A stretch of DNA of 64,000 nt, taken from contig MFGN01000005.1 of NCBI GenBank assembly GCA_001780285.1, forward strand, positions 138,200-202,199, read 5' to 3'. Positions 18,071 through 26,715 of the stretch are shown here, piece by piece (the first letter of the stretch is position 1; each line of letters begins with the position of its first letter). A model generated the notes under the pieces. That model was not told where the DNA came from. It saw only the letters and a list, made by a program, of their open reading frames with translations, and did no database searches. A program made the position numbers and the translations under genes. Source of the DNA: Candidatus Falkowbacteria bacterium RIFOXYD12_FULL_34_57. Its GTDB lineage: Bacteria; Patescibacteriota; Patescibacteriia; Patescibacteriales; UBA12075.

Positions 18071-21000
18071 TATGACTAATAAATATAACCATCAAAAAAT
18101 TGAAAAGAAATGGGCGGAAAGATGGGTAAAAGATAAGGTTTTTTCGCCTGATTTAAAAAAATCAGAGAACCCCTATTATGCCTTGTTTATGTTTCCTTAT
18201 CCTAGTGCAGAAGGGCTCCATATCGGCAATTTTTATGCATTTACCTGTGTTGATGTCATGGCTAAATATAAGAAATTACAGGGAATGGACGTGTTTGAAC
18301 CGGTTGGTTTTGATGCTTTTGGAATTCATAGTGAAAATTATGCATTAAAAATAGGGGAAACTCCTCGGAAAATGTTGGATAGGACTATTGTTAATTTTCG
18401 CAAGCAGCTTAGCTCAGCCGGACTTGGCTGTGATTGGACTCGCGAAATAGATACCACCACTCCGGAGTATTACAAGTGGACACAATGGATTTTTACCAAG
18501 CTTTTTGAAAAAGATCTCGCTTATCAAAAAGAAGCTTTGCTTAATTGGTGTTCCGGATGCAAAACAGTATTGGCTGATGAGCAAATTGAGGATGGGGTCT
18601 GCGAACGATGCAAGACTGTTCCGGAAAAAAAAACAATGAAGCAATGGTTTTTCAGAATCACCAAATATGCCGAGAAGCTTTTAAACGGACTTGAGACGAT
18701 GGATTGGTCGGATATCACCAAGTCGGCGCAAAGAAATTGGATTGGCCGCAGCGAAGGAGCGGAAGTAGAGTTTGTTATAAAAAACGAAAGAAATGATATA
18801 AAAAAAATTTATCTTGGAACAGGTAATAAATCAAAAATAGAAAGACTGGAAAAAATTTTTAAATATGTTAATCCGGATATTAAAATTGAACAAGTTCCGG
18901 AAGTGGTTGATGTTCCGGAAGAAAGCGATAATGGACTGGAGAATTCTAAGCAGAAAGTTTTAGCTTATCATGGTAAATATGACTATCCGGTTGTCTCTTG
19001 TGATACTTCTGTATTTTTTGAAGGAGAAGATTTTGATCCGACGCATGTCAAGAGGGTTGCTCTGGGGGGCGAGGATGAATCCGGCTTTAGCCAGAGGGAA
19101 ATTGCGGAAAAAATAAAGGATTTTTATATAGACATTGCCAGGAAATACGGAGGTCGGAAAGAATTTTATTTTGAGGATGCCTGGACAATTCTTTTTCCCA
19201 ATGGTGAAATTAAGCAGTTAAAATATCGCAGAGAATACATTATGACAGATAAATTGCAGGGGGAGCTTGATATTTATTTTCCGATGAGAAGCCTGTATCT
19301 GGTCAAAGCGACAGGCAGAGATATTTTTAATCAGACCGAGGAAGAATGGAAAAAAGAATTTCAGCCCCAGATTGATGCCTTTAGCGGTGTTTTTGGAAAA
19401 AGTAAATTAAAAGTTTTTACCACTAGACCGGATACATTGTTTGGCGCGACTTATTTTGTAATGTCTCCTGAACACCCGTTAGTGAGGGAAATAACCACAA
19501 AAGAACAAAGCGAAAAAATAGAGGATTATATTAAAAAATCTGGAGCGAAGTCTGAATTGGAAAGAACGGAAAACAAGGAAAAAACAGGAGAATTTACCGG
19601 CGCCTATGTTGTAAATCCGGTAAATAACGAAGAAATCCCGGTGTTTGTGGCGGATTATGTAATGATGGGATATGGCACCGGAGCTATAATGGCTGTACCG
19701 GCGCATGATGAACGCGATTTTGAGTTTGCAAAAAAATTTAACATTTCGATTAAAGAAGTGGTCAAACCAAAAAATAGCGGAAAAGATAAAACAATTTTAG
19801 TGCTTCACGGACTTTGCGATGATTCTTCCAAACACTGGTTTCCATGGTTTAAGCAGGAGTTTGGTGGCAGGGGCTACAATGTGATTATTCCGGATATGCC
19901 CAATCCGCATTTGCCTCGCGTAGAAAGATGGATGGATTGCTTAAAAGAATTAAAAGATGATTTAAGCGGGAATTTGACCATTGTTGGTTTTAGCTTGGGA
20001 ACACAAGCGGCGTGCATGTTTATTGATAAATATAATGTTGCAGTAAATAATTTAATTTTAGTGGGGCCAAGTGAAAAAGAGGGAAAGACGATTGAGGAAT
20101 TAGTTGAGGCCGGACTGCCCAGAGAAAGCCTCGAACATAGCGAAAAATTCGGAGAAGAGAGGGTTGATTGGAAAAATGTAAGAAGACTGGTTAAAAACAC
20201 TATTCAATATTTGTCCAGCAATGATCCCTATATTGAAATAGAAACTGAAAAATATTCAGATGTTTTAAATCCGCAAAAAAGAATATTTTTTAATAGGGGG
20301 CATTTTACGGAAAAATTCGGCATAGATAAGATACTGGAATTAATTCCTGATATTGAAGGCTGTACGGTTGGCGATGGCATAGCTGTGAATTCTGGATTCT
20401 TGGACGGTTTAGAAACTTCGACAGCAAAAGAAAAAATGATATCTTGGCTGGAAGGAAAGAAAATTGGCAAAGGAGTAGTGAATTATCGCTTAAGGGATTG
20501 GTGTATATCCAGACAAAGATATTGGGGCCCTCCTGTACCGATTGTGTATTGCGCGAAGTGCGGAGCTTTGGCTGTTTTCGAAAAAGATTTGCCGGTAAGG
20601 CTGCCCGAACTAGAGAAGGGCTGGGAGCCCGTGGGAGACGGAAGGGGGCCCTTGGCCAATGTTGATGATTTTATGAATACAACTTGTCCAAAATGCGGAG
20701 GCGCGGCCAGCCGCGAAGCGGATGTGATGGATAATTTTCTCGATTCGGCTTGGTATTTTTTTAGATATATAGACCCTAAAAATAACAATAAAATTTTTGA
20801 TCAAAAGCTTGGTAAAAAATGGCTTCCAGTTGATTTTTATGTAGGGGGAAATGAGCACGCAGTTCTTCACTTAATGTATACAAGATTTATCACTATGGCG
20901 CTGCACGATATCGATCTGATTGATTTTGATAATCCCTTCAAAAAATTTCGCGCTAACGGCATGATACTTAAAGACGGAAAAAAAATGAGCAAATCCAAAG

Positions 21001-21656
21001 GTAATGTTATTAATCCGGAAGAATATGGGGAAAAGGTGGGCTATGATGCCCTGAAAACATATTTATTATTTTTAGGGCCATTAAATGAAGATCGTTCATT
21101 TACCGATGAGGGTGTGCGCGGAACAAAACGATGGGTGGAGAAAATTGCGCGACTGGAAGAAAAAATTAAAAATAGCCATAAAGACGAAAATGAAATTATA
21201 AACAAATTACATAAAACTATAAAAATGGTAACAGATGACTTTGAAGACCAGAGATATAATACAGCTGTTGCCAGACTCATGGAATTAACTAATGTTTTAA
21301 ATTTAGCAGATAAAATTTCCACTCAAACATGGAAATCCTTTTTGGTTTTAGTATCCCCCTTTGTTCCGTCTATAGCCGAGGAAATGTGGGAAAGACTGGG
21401 AAATAAGAATTCAATTTTTAGCGACAAGCTGTGGCCCGAATATGATGCAAAATTAGCTCATGACGAATTTATTGAGTTGATTGTTCAGGTCAATGGAAAA
21501 TTAAGAGAAAAAATTGAAGTATCTATAGATATCACGGAGGAAGAAGCAAAAAAAATTGCATTAGAAAGTGGAAAAATAAAAAAATGGATAGAAGGAAAAA
21601 AGATTGAAAAAGTGATTTTTGTAAAAGGAAAATTGATAAATATTGTTGTTAAATAA
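18063..21656 (+). CDS. leuS: leucyl-tRNA synthetase with two large inserted domains (1197 aa)
   Basis: Motifs: HIGN (HIGH), RNWIGRSEGAEVEF, TTRPDTLFGATY and GTGAIMAVPAHDERDFEFA (CP1 editing), NYRLRDWCISRQRYWG, KMSKSKGN. About 340 extra residues lie in two blocks (about nt 18783-19403 and 19782-20357). Confidence 0.95.
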   Translation: MNFMTNKYNHQKIEKKWAERWVKDKVFSPDLKKSENPYYALFMFPYPSAEGLHIGNFYAFTCVDVMAKYKKLQGMDVFEPVGFDAFGIHSENYALKIGETPRKMLDRTIVNFRKQLSSAGLGCDWTREIDTTTPEYYKWTQWIFTKLFEKDLAYQKEALLNWCSGCKTVLADEQIEDGVCERCKTVPEKKTMKQWFFRITKYAEKLLNGLETMDWSDITKSAQRNWIGRSEGAEVEFVIKNERNDIKKIYLGTGNKSKIERLEKIFKYVNPDIKIEQVPEVVDVPEESDNGLENSKQKVLAYHGKYDYPVVSCDTSVFFEGEDFDPTHVKRVALGGEDESGFSQREIAEKIKDFYIDIARKYGGRKEFYFEDAWTILFPNGEIKQLKYRREYIMTDKLQGELDIYFPMRSLYLVKATGRDIFNQTEEEWKKEFQPQIDAFSGVFGKSKLKVFTTRPDTLFGATYFVMSPEHPLVREITTKEQSEKIEDYIKKSGAKSELERTENKEKTGEFTGAYVVNPVNNEEIPVFVADYVMMGYGTGAIMAVPAHDERDFEFAKKFNISIKEVVKPKNSGKDKTILVLHGLCDDSSKHWFPWFKQEFGGRGYNVIIPDMPNPHLPRVERWMDCLKELKDDLSGNLTIVGFSLGTQAACMFIDKYNVAVNNLILVGPSEKEGKTIEELVEAGLPRESLEHSEKFGEERVDWKNVRRLVKNTIQYLSSNDPYIEIETEKYSDVLNPQKRIFFNRGHFTEKFGIDKILELIPDIEGCTVGDGIAVNSGFLDGLETSTAKEKMISWLEGKKIGKGVVNYRLRDWCISRQRYWGPPVPIVYCAKCGALAVFEKDLPVRLPELEKGWEPVGDGRGPLANVDDFMNTTCPKCGGAASREADVMDNFLDSAWYFFRYIDPKNNNKIFDQKLGKKWLPVDFYVGGNEHAVLHLMYTRFITMALHDIDLIDFDNPFKKFRANGMILKDGKKMSKSKGNVINPEEYGEKVGYDALKTYLLFLGPLNEDRSFTDEGVRGTKRWVEKIARLEEKIKNSHKDENEIINKLHKTIKMVTDDFEDQRYNTAVARLMELTNVLNLADKISTQTWKSFLVLVSPFVPSIAEEMWERLGNKNSIFSDKLWPEYDAKLAHDEFIELIVQVNGKLREKIEVSIDITEEEAKKIALESGKIKKWIEGKKIEKVIFVKGKLINIVVK

Positions 21657-21671
21657 AATACATGTCATTAT

Positions 21672-21708
21672 GTCATTCTCGCCAGTCTAGCTGAGTCTGG
21701 ACGAATGA
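21672..21708. repeat. GTCATTCT-family element, short degenerate copy
   Basis: gtcattctcgcc...ggacgaatgaag forms an imperfect inverted repeat directly after the leuS stop. Confidence 0.5.
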
Positions 21709-21762
21709 AGGTTGGAATTTGTCGTAGGCTTCTTTATTGAACATGGTTAAACTAATTTTAGC

Positions 21763-21854
21763 GTCATTCTGAACGAAACGCAGTGGAGTGAAGAATCTAA
21801 TGGATGATAGCAAAGCCTAATTTGATAAGATTCTTCGCTTACGCTCTGAATGAC
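21763..21854. repeat. GTCATTCTGA-family palindromic element, copy
   Basis: gtcattctgaacg...gtgaagaatct pairs with agattcttcgcttacgctctgaatgac. Confidence 0.85.
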
Positions 21855-21895
21855 AGGGTGGTACATTTTCGACTTTACAAACTAAACCAAACTAC

Positions 21896-23047
21896 ATGTT
21901 CAAAAAAATTATTCATCAAGATTTATCTGCCGGATTTGTTTCTTTGTTTTCCGGAAGAATGATTCAGCACGCCGGAACCAGTTTAATTGGCTTGTTTTTA
22001 CCCATTTATCTTTTTATCGCCTATGGATACGATATAAAGAAAGTAATCTATTTTTATTTAATTGGACATTTGATTTATGCGGTTCTTTTGCCCTGGGGCG
22101 CTCAGTTTTTAAACAAAATAGGGTTGAGACGCTCTTTGCAGATTAGCATCCCCATTTTAGCCGGCTATTATGTGGCAATTTACTTTATCGTGTCGGATGT
22201 TTTGTTTTTTTCAGTATTGGCTATTTTTGCTATAACCATTGGAAGAATACTTTTTTGGATACCATACCATACCGATATGGCTAAATTTGCCGCTCCAAAT
22301 ACCAGGGGAAGAGGGATAGGTTTAATGTGGGCATCAAAAACATTTTTAAGCGTAATCATGCCGTTGGCTTCCGGATTTATAATCGCCAGATTTGGCTACA
22401 ACCTTGTTTTTGTTTTAGCTATTGTGGTTTATATGGCGTCTATTATTCCCTTTTTGACCATTCCTCATACCCGTGAAAAATATTCTTGGGGCTACATTGA
22501 AACATTTAAACATTTTTTTAAGAAAAAAAATAGAACGTTGATTTTGGCGAATATGGCAAATGGGGCTGAAAATGCCGTGGGTATTATTGTTTGGCCGATA
22601 TTTATCTGGAAATTGCTTGAAGGTGATTATGCTGCTGTGGGCGCTCTTTCTTCTCTGATAGTGGTGGTTACCATTGTTTTACAATTAATGGTTGGTAAAT
22701 ACACGGATATTCTTAATAAAAGAAAGATAATCCATTGGGGCAGTATTTTTTATGCCTTGGGATGGGTGGGAAAGATATTTGTTTTAACTTCTTTTCAAAT
22801 TTTTATTGCCGGAGCATATCATCAGTTCGTACAGATTTTTAAAGATACTCCATTTGACGCCTTGAATTATGAAATTATGGCAGATCATGGGCATTATGTG
22901 GACGAATATACAGTTTTGAAAGAAATAGCAGTACAGCTCGGAAAGGTTTTGATATTACTATTTATACTCCTAATAGCTTTAAACCTCGGTTTAAATTGGA
23001 CTTTTGTCTTAGCGGCTCTCGCCTCCCTGTTTGTTAATTTGCTATAA
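21896..23047 (+). CDS. MFS-type transporter
   Basis: 383 aa, about 11-12 hydrophobic helices, with basic loop motifs (NKIGLRRS, NTRGRGIG) at MFS loop 2-3/8-9-like positions. Confidence 0.7.
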   Translation: MFKKIIHQDLSAGFVSLFSGRMIQHAGTSLIGLFLPIYLFIAYGYDIKKVIYFYLIGHLIYAVLLPWGAQFLNKIGLRRSLQISIPILAGYYVAIYFIVSDVLFFSVLAIFAITIGRILFWIPYHTDMAKFAAPNTRGRGIGLMWASKTFLSVIMPLASGFIIARFGYNLVFVLAIVVYMASIIPFLTIPHTREKYSWGYIETFKHFFKKKNRTLILANMANGAENAVGIIVWPIFIWKLLEGDYAAVGALSSLIVVVTIVLQLMVGKYTDILNKRKIIHWGSIFYALGWVGKIFVLTSFQIFIAGAYHQFVQIFKDTPFDALNYEIMADHGHYVDEYTVLKEIAVQLGKVLILLFILLIALNLGLNWTFVLAALASLFVNLL

Positions 23048-23070
23048 GAATTTTATAATATTGAATATTG

Positions 23071-23101
23071 AAAAAAATCGGTAAAATTTACCGATTTTTT
23101 G
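23071..23101. terminator. bidirectional rho-independent terminator
   Basis: aaaaatcggtaaa-a-tttaccgattttt between convergent genes. Confidence 0.7.
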
Positions 23102-23132
23102 ATTAATATCAACCTTTGATTTTATAAATTTT

Positions 23133-24095
23133 CTACAAGTTGGATAAATACCATTCCCCGCTTAATTCTTTAATGACATAAAAATAAGCCGGATAGTAAT
23201 TACCCTGGAAATATATTTTGGTGGAATAGGTTTTTTGGTTATCAGCGGATTCCAAAAGAGTGCTTCCCGAAAGAATGTTGGCCAGAGTAAACTTTTGTTC
23301 AGCATTTAGATGCTCCATAGAATATTCAATGGAGGCATGCATTTGAGGAATGAAATAGCTAATAGTTTTTTGAGTATCATTGGCGCGAATCGCGTCGGCT
23401 ATATTCTGTAATATATTATCACCACTACTATTATTAATGTTGTTTGTTTGATTTTGATTTTGGGTAATTTGATTCAAGTGTCCGATAGTAATTTGATTTA
23501 AGTTCTGATTGGTAATTCCTAGACCCAGCTTTTGCATAACCAGAAAAGCATCTATTGGGCGTCCCAGATAATATCTTTTTTTATCTTGGGGGTTTATATA
23601 CCAAGCTTCGCCGTTTTGCTCTACCTGCAGGAATATTTTACCCAGATTTTGCTGTGTAAATTTTTCATCCAGAGGCATTTTTCTATAGTTTAACGGGTCG
23701 TAACCACCCGCTAACTCTTCTTTATCCAAGAACCCGTCGCCGTCAGAGTCTTTGTTCTGCGGATTGGTGCCCAGTGCAGTTTCCAGTCTATCGGCGAGTC
23801 CGTCAGAATCGCTGTCACTGTCTGTGTAGTCAATTAAGCCAATGGGAATTTTATTTAAATTATTATTTGTGATGCCGATGCCCAAACCCCTCATTAAATC
23901 AAAAGCATCTTTGGGTCTATTTAGAAAATATTTTTTGAAGTCAGCAGGATTTATATACCAGGCTTCGCCGTTTTCTTCAACTTGTAATAAAATTCTACCG
24001 CTCATTTTTTCCGCTAAAGCTTGTGTAGCAGAGTAAATTTGCGTAATAGGAAACAGAAACAATATTAATAGGATGATAGTAAAGATTTTGTACAT
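23133..24095 (-). CDS. secreted protein with duplicated GEAWYINP domain and thrombospondin-type-3-like Ca-binding repeats
   Basis: Signal peptide (ILLILFLFPITQIYSA). An internal duplication ...LLQVEENGEAWYINPADFKKYFLNRPKDAF.../...FLQVEQNGEAWYINPQDKKRYYLGRPIDAF... Asp-rich DSDSDSDGLADRLE...DSDGDGFLDKEE between the copies. Confidence 0.7.
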   Translation of the reverse strand: MYKIFTIILLILFLFPITQIYSATQALAEKMSGRILLQVEENGEAWYINPADFKKYFLNRPKDAFDLMRGLGIGITNNNLNKIPIGLIDYTDSDSDSDGLADRLETALGTNPQNKDSDGDGFLDKEELAGGYDPLNYRKMPLDEKFTQQNLGKIFLQVEQNGEAWYINPQDKKRYYLGRPIDAFLVMQKLGLGITNQNLNQITIGHLNQITQNQNQTNNINNSSGDNILQNIADAIRANDTQKTISYFIPQMHASIEYSMEHLNAEQKFTLANILSGSTLLESADNQKTYSTKIYFQGNYYPAYFYVIKELSGEWYLSNL

Positions 24096-24228
24096 AATTT
24101 TTGACTAAATTAAGGATATTACTTTTAACTTTATAAACTTTCGACTTTTAACTATTGTTATTATATCATTAGTGACTATTTTAGTGAAATTTGATACAAT
24201 TAAAGTGTTATATTATTATTTCATTTCT

Positions 24229-24315
24229 GTCATTTTGAGAAGCGAAGCGACGAAGAATCCCGTGAAGTTGGACTTAGCGCGTTTCAATGAGATTCTTCAC
24301 TGCATTCAGAATGAC
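24229..24315. repeat. GTCATTCTGA-family palindromic element, copy
   Basis: gtcattttgagaagcgaagcgacgaagaatc ... gattcttcactgcattcagaatgac. Confidence 0.8.
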
Positions 24316-24337
24316 ATAGGGTACAATTACAATTATT

Positions 24338-24865
24338 ATGTTTAAATTTAATAAAAAGAAAATATTTCTTTTTTCTTCATTTTTTTTAGTATTTTTAGTG
24401 GTGGGAGCAATAGTTTTTAATTTATTTATTTTTAATTATGCGGGTTATTTTAGGGCTAAGGATGTTATGGCCACCAGTGGTTATTCTTTTTTGATTGGAT
24501 TGAGCAGTTCCGTGGCGATACAATGTTTTACTACCGGCACCCCCCCTCTTTGTACCGGAGGAACGCTTTGCAACATAAAAGATGCAGCCAGATGCGCAAT
24601 GTATTCTGATGTTTCCGGTTCGCCATCCGGCGGAATGGGCAGTAATGCTATTTTTTTAACTTCTAATTTAAGCGCAGCAGGAGCTGCCGGCGGCGGACCG
24701 ATAATAGCCGGAGGAATGTCTATGACCGAGATGGATAATGGGGTAATAGCCGGCATAGGCGGATGCATAGGAACCGGTTGTACGGTGGGAATAAATAATG
24801 GTGATAGTTTGCTTATAAAAACAGCCAAAAAATTTGCTAATTTTATGATTGCGGGAATAAAATAA
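24338..24865 (+). CDS. hypothetical membrane-anchored Gly/Ala/Cys-rich protein
   Basis: N-terminal TM segment, then a low-complexity G/A/S/C-rich ectodomain (8 Cys). Locally much more GC-rich than its flanks. No family recognised. Confidence 0.55.
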   Translation: MFKFNKKKIFLFSSFFLVFLVVGAIVFNLFIFNYAGYFRAKDVMATSGYSFLIGLSSSVAIQCFTTGTPPLCTGGTLCNIKDAARCAMYSDVSGSPSGGMGSNAIFLTSNLSAAGAAGGGPIIAGGMSMTEMDNGVIAGIGGCIGTGCTVGINNGDSLLIKTAKKFANFMIAGIK

Positions 24866-24989
24866 CTTAGCTGAAAGTCTGTAAAGTCCATAAAGTTGAA
24901 AGTTTTTTAATTTAGTAAAGTTTGTTTTGCAAATTTTAACTTGTTGATTTTATAAACTTTCGACTTTTAACTTTTTACTAGATATTATT

Positions 24990-25838
24990 ATGTCTATTTT
25001 AACTAAAACAAAAAAATTATGTCAGGAATATAGGATTGAGCCAACTCGTTCGCGCGGGCAGAATTTTTTAATACATGAAGAAACTTATAGTCAAATATTG
25101 GGTGCGGCAGATTTAAATGATGGAGATGTTGTTTTAGAGGTGGGGCCGGGATTGGGTTTTTTAACCATGGAACTTGCTTCCAGGGCAAGAAAGGTGATTG
25201 CGGTGGAATTGGATGATCGTTTGGCCGGAGTACTTAAAAGAAGATTAAGGGAAGAGGGAATCGACAATGTGCGGGTCATCAATAAAAATGTATTGGATTT
25301 AACTGATGAAGATCTTAAAAAGAATGGAAATTATAAAATAGTAGCGAATTTGCCATACAATATTACTTCTGTTTTTTTGCGGAAGTTTTTAAATGTAAAA
25401 CATAAACCGGAATTTATGGTTTTGATGCTGCAAAAGGAGGTAGCGGAAAGAATTGTAGCCAGTCCTCCGAAAATGAGTGTTTTGGCTATTTCCGTGCAGC
25501 GTTATGCTGATGCGCGCATTATAGTGGAAAGAGTGGAGAAAGATTATTTTTTTCCAAGACCGGAAGTAGATTCAGCGATTATCAGGATTGATCTTAAAAA
25601 ATCGAAAATCACAGGAGTTAAATCCATGGAAAAAGAAAAAGAATTTTTTCGATTGGTAAAAATAGGTTTTAGCCAGAAAAGAAAAATGCTTAAAAATAAT
25701 TTGGCTAGCGGATTTCATATTGATATAATTAAGGCAGAAGAAATACTTGAGAAAATCGGTTTGAATAAAAAGGTGCGGGCGCAGGAACTGTCAATAAATG
25801 ATTGGGAGGCAATATTGAAAGTATTAAGTATAATGTAA
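24990..25838 (+). CDS. rsmA: 16S rRNA (adenine1518/1519-N6)-dimethyltransferase
   Basis: RGQNFL, VLEVGPGLGFLT (SAM motif I) and ANLPYNITS motifs. Confidence 0.92.
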   Translation: MSILTKTKKLCQEYRIEPTRSRGQNFLIHEETYSQILGAADLNDGDVVLEVGPGLGFLTMELASRARKVIAVELDDRLAGVLKRRLREEGIDNVRVINKNVLDLTDEDLKKNGNYKIVANLPYNITSVFLRKFLNVKHKPEFMVLMLQKEVAERIVASPPKMSVLAISVQRYADARIIVERVEKDYFFPRPEVDSAIIRIDLKKSKITGVKSMEKEKEFFRLVKIGFSQKRKMLKNNLASGFHIDIIKAEEILEKIGLNKKVRAQELSINDWEAILKVLSIM

Positions 25839-25857
25839 AATATTTACTAGAGCTAGT

Positions 25858-25941
25858 GTCATTCTGAACGCAGTGAAGAATTCCGTGTTATAGAAGAAAA
25901 ACGAGATTCTTCGACTTCGCTATCGCTCCGCTCAGAATAAC
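25858..25941. repeat. GTCATTCTGA-family palindromic element, copy
   Basis: gtcattctgaacgcagtgaagaattc ... gattcttcgacttcgctatcgctccgctcagaataac. Confidence 0.8.
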
Positions 25942-25975
25942 ATGAAATATTTAGTAAGGTTAATACTAAATTTGT

Positions 25976-26005
25976 TTGGCATTTTTTATTTAAATGTGTT
26001 ATAAT
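25976..26005 (+). promoter_or_regulatory. promoter P1 of the envelope locus
   Basis: TTGGCA (25976-25981), 18 nt ending in AAATGTGT, TATAAT (26000-26005) with an extended-10 TG. Nearly the same architecture as 36854-36883. Confidence 0.5.
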
Positions 26006-26040
26006 AACATTAAATTAACAAGATTAATTTTTTAAATTAA

Positions 26041-26628
26041 ATGGATAATTTAAACAATAATATTACAACCAATCAAAAAATAGCAGTTGGTCTTTTGTTG
26101 TTTTTTGCTGTTTTGGTTGTTTTTTTGTGGGTAATTCAATTTAGAAGCGGTTTGGGTCTGGGTCGGGAAGCAACGCAAGATAATACTGTTTTAAACGAAA
26201 ATTCATATTCAGTAGATATCAACAAGGATACGGACGGCGACGGACTTTCGGACGCGGATGAATTGAATATTTATAAAACATCCCCATATTTAGAGGATAG
26301 CGATAGCGATGGTTTTTCGGATTTTGAGGAGGTAAACTCCAATAATGATCCGAACTGTCCAATAGGTAGGATTTGTACTACTGCGCCCATAAAAAATGAC
26401 TTGGGTCAGGAATTTTTAAATGAAATGCGGGATGCAGAAGATTTGGTTAATACCGTTATCGAAGAAAGACCAGCACAAGTAGATATGGGTGGTATTTTAA
26501 GCGGAAACAGCGATGCTCAGACCCTTAGAACTTCATTGATTAATGCCGGTTTTGATCCGGAAATGCTCAAACAGATCAGCGACGAAGATCTGCTCCAAGC
26601 TTATAAGGAGATTTTAAGTGAAAAATAA
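26041..26628 (+). CDS. membrane-anchored protein with thrombospondin-type-3-like Ca-binding repeats
   Basis: N-terminal TM (IAVGLLLFFAVLVVFLWVI), then DTDGDGLSDADELNIYKTSPYLEDSDSDGFSDFEEVNSNNDP. Confidence 0.7.
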   Translation: MDNLNNNITTNQKIAVGLLLFFAVLVVFLWVIQFRSGLGLGREATQDNTVLNENSYSVDINKDTDGDGLSDADELNIYKTSPYLEDSDSDGFSDFEEVNSNNDPNCPIGRICTTAPIKNDLGQEFLNEMRDAEDLVNTVIEERPAQVDMGGILSGNSDAQTLRTSLINAGFDPEMLKQISDEDLLQAYKEILSEK

Positions 26629-26654
26629 CTTTGCATTTTTCAGCCCAAAGCTGA

Positions 26655-26690
26655 TCCGCTCCGCCAACTGGTGGAGGGCGGAGATTTTTC
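26655..26690 (+). terminator. possible (leaky) terminator hairpin
   Basis: GC-rich stem tccgctc/gggcgga followed by T5 (26685-26689). A TATAAT at 26693-26698 follows. Confidence 0.35.
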
Positions 26691-26715
26691 CAATATAATT
26701 TAATTTTTTAACTTT

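Noticed and set aside
24481-24891. 136-aa antisense ORF opposite the Gly/Ala/Cys-rich gene
   Set aside because: Pro/Ala-rich mirror translation of a GC-rich low-complexity gene. The + strand ORF has a start context and an N-terminal TM helix.
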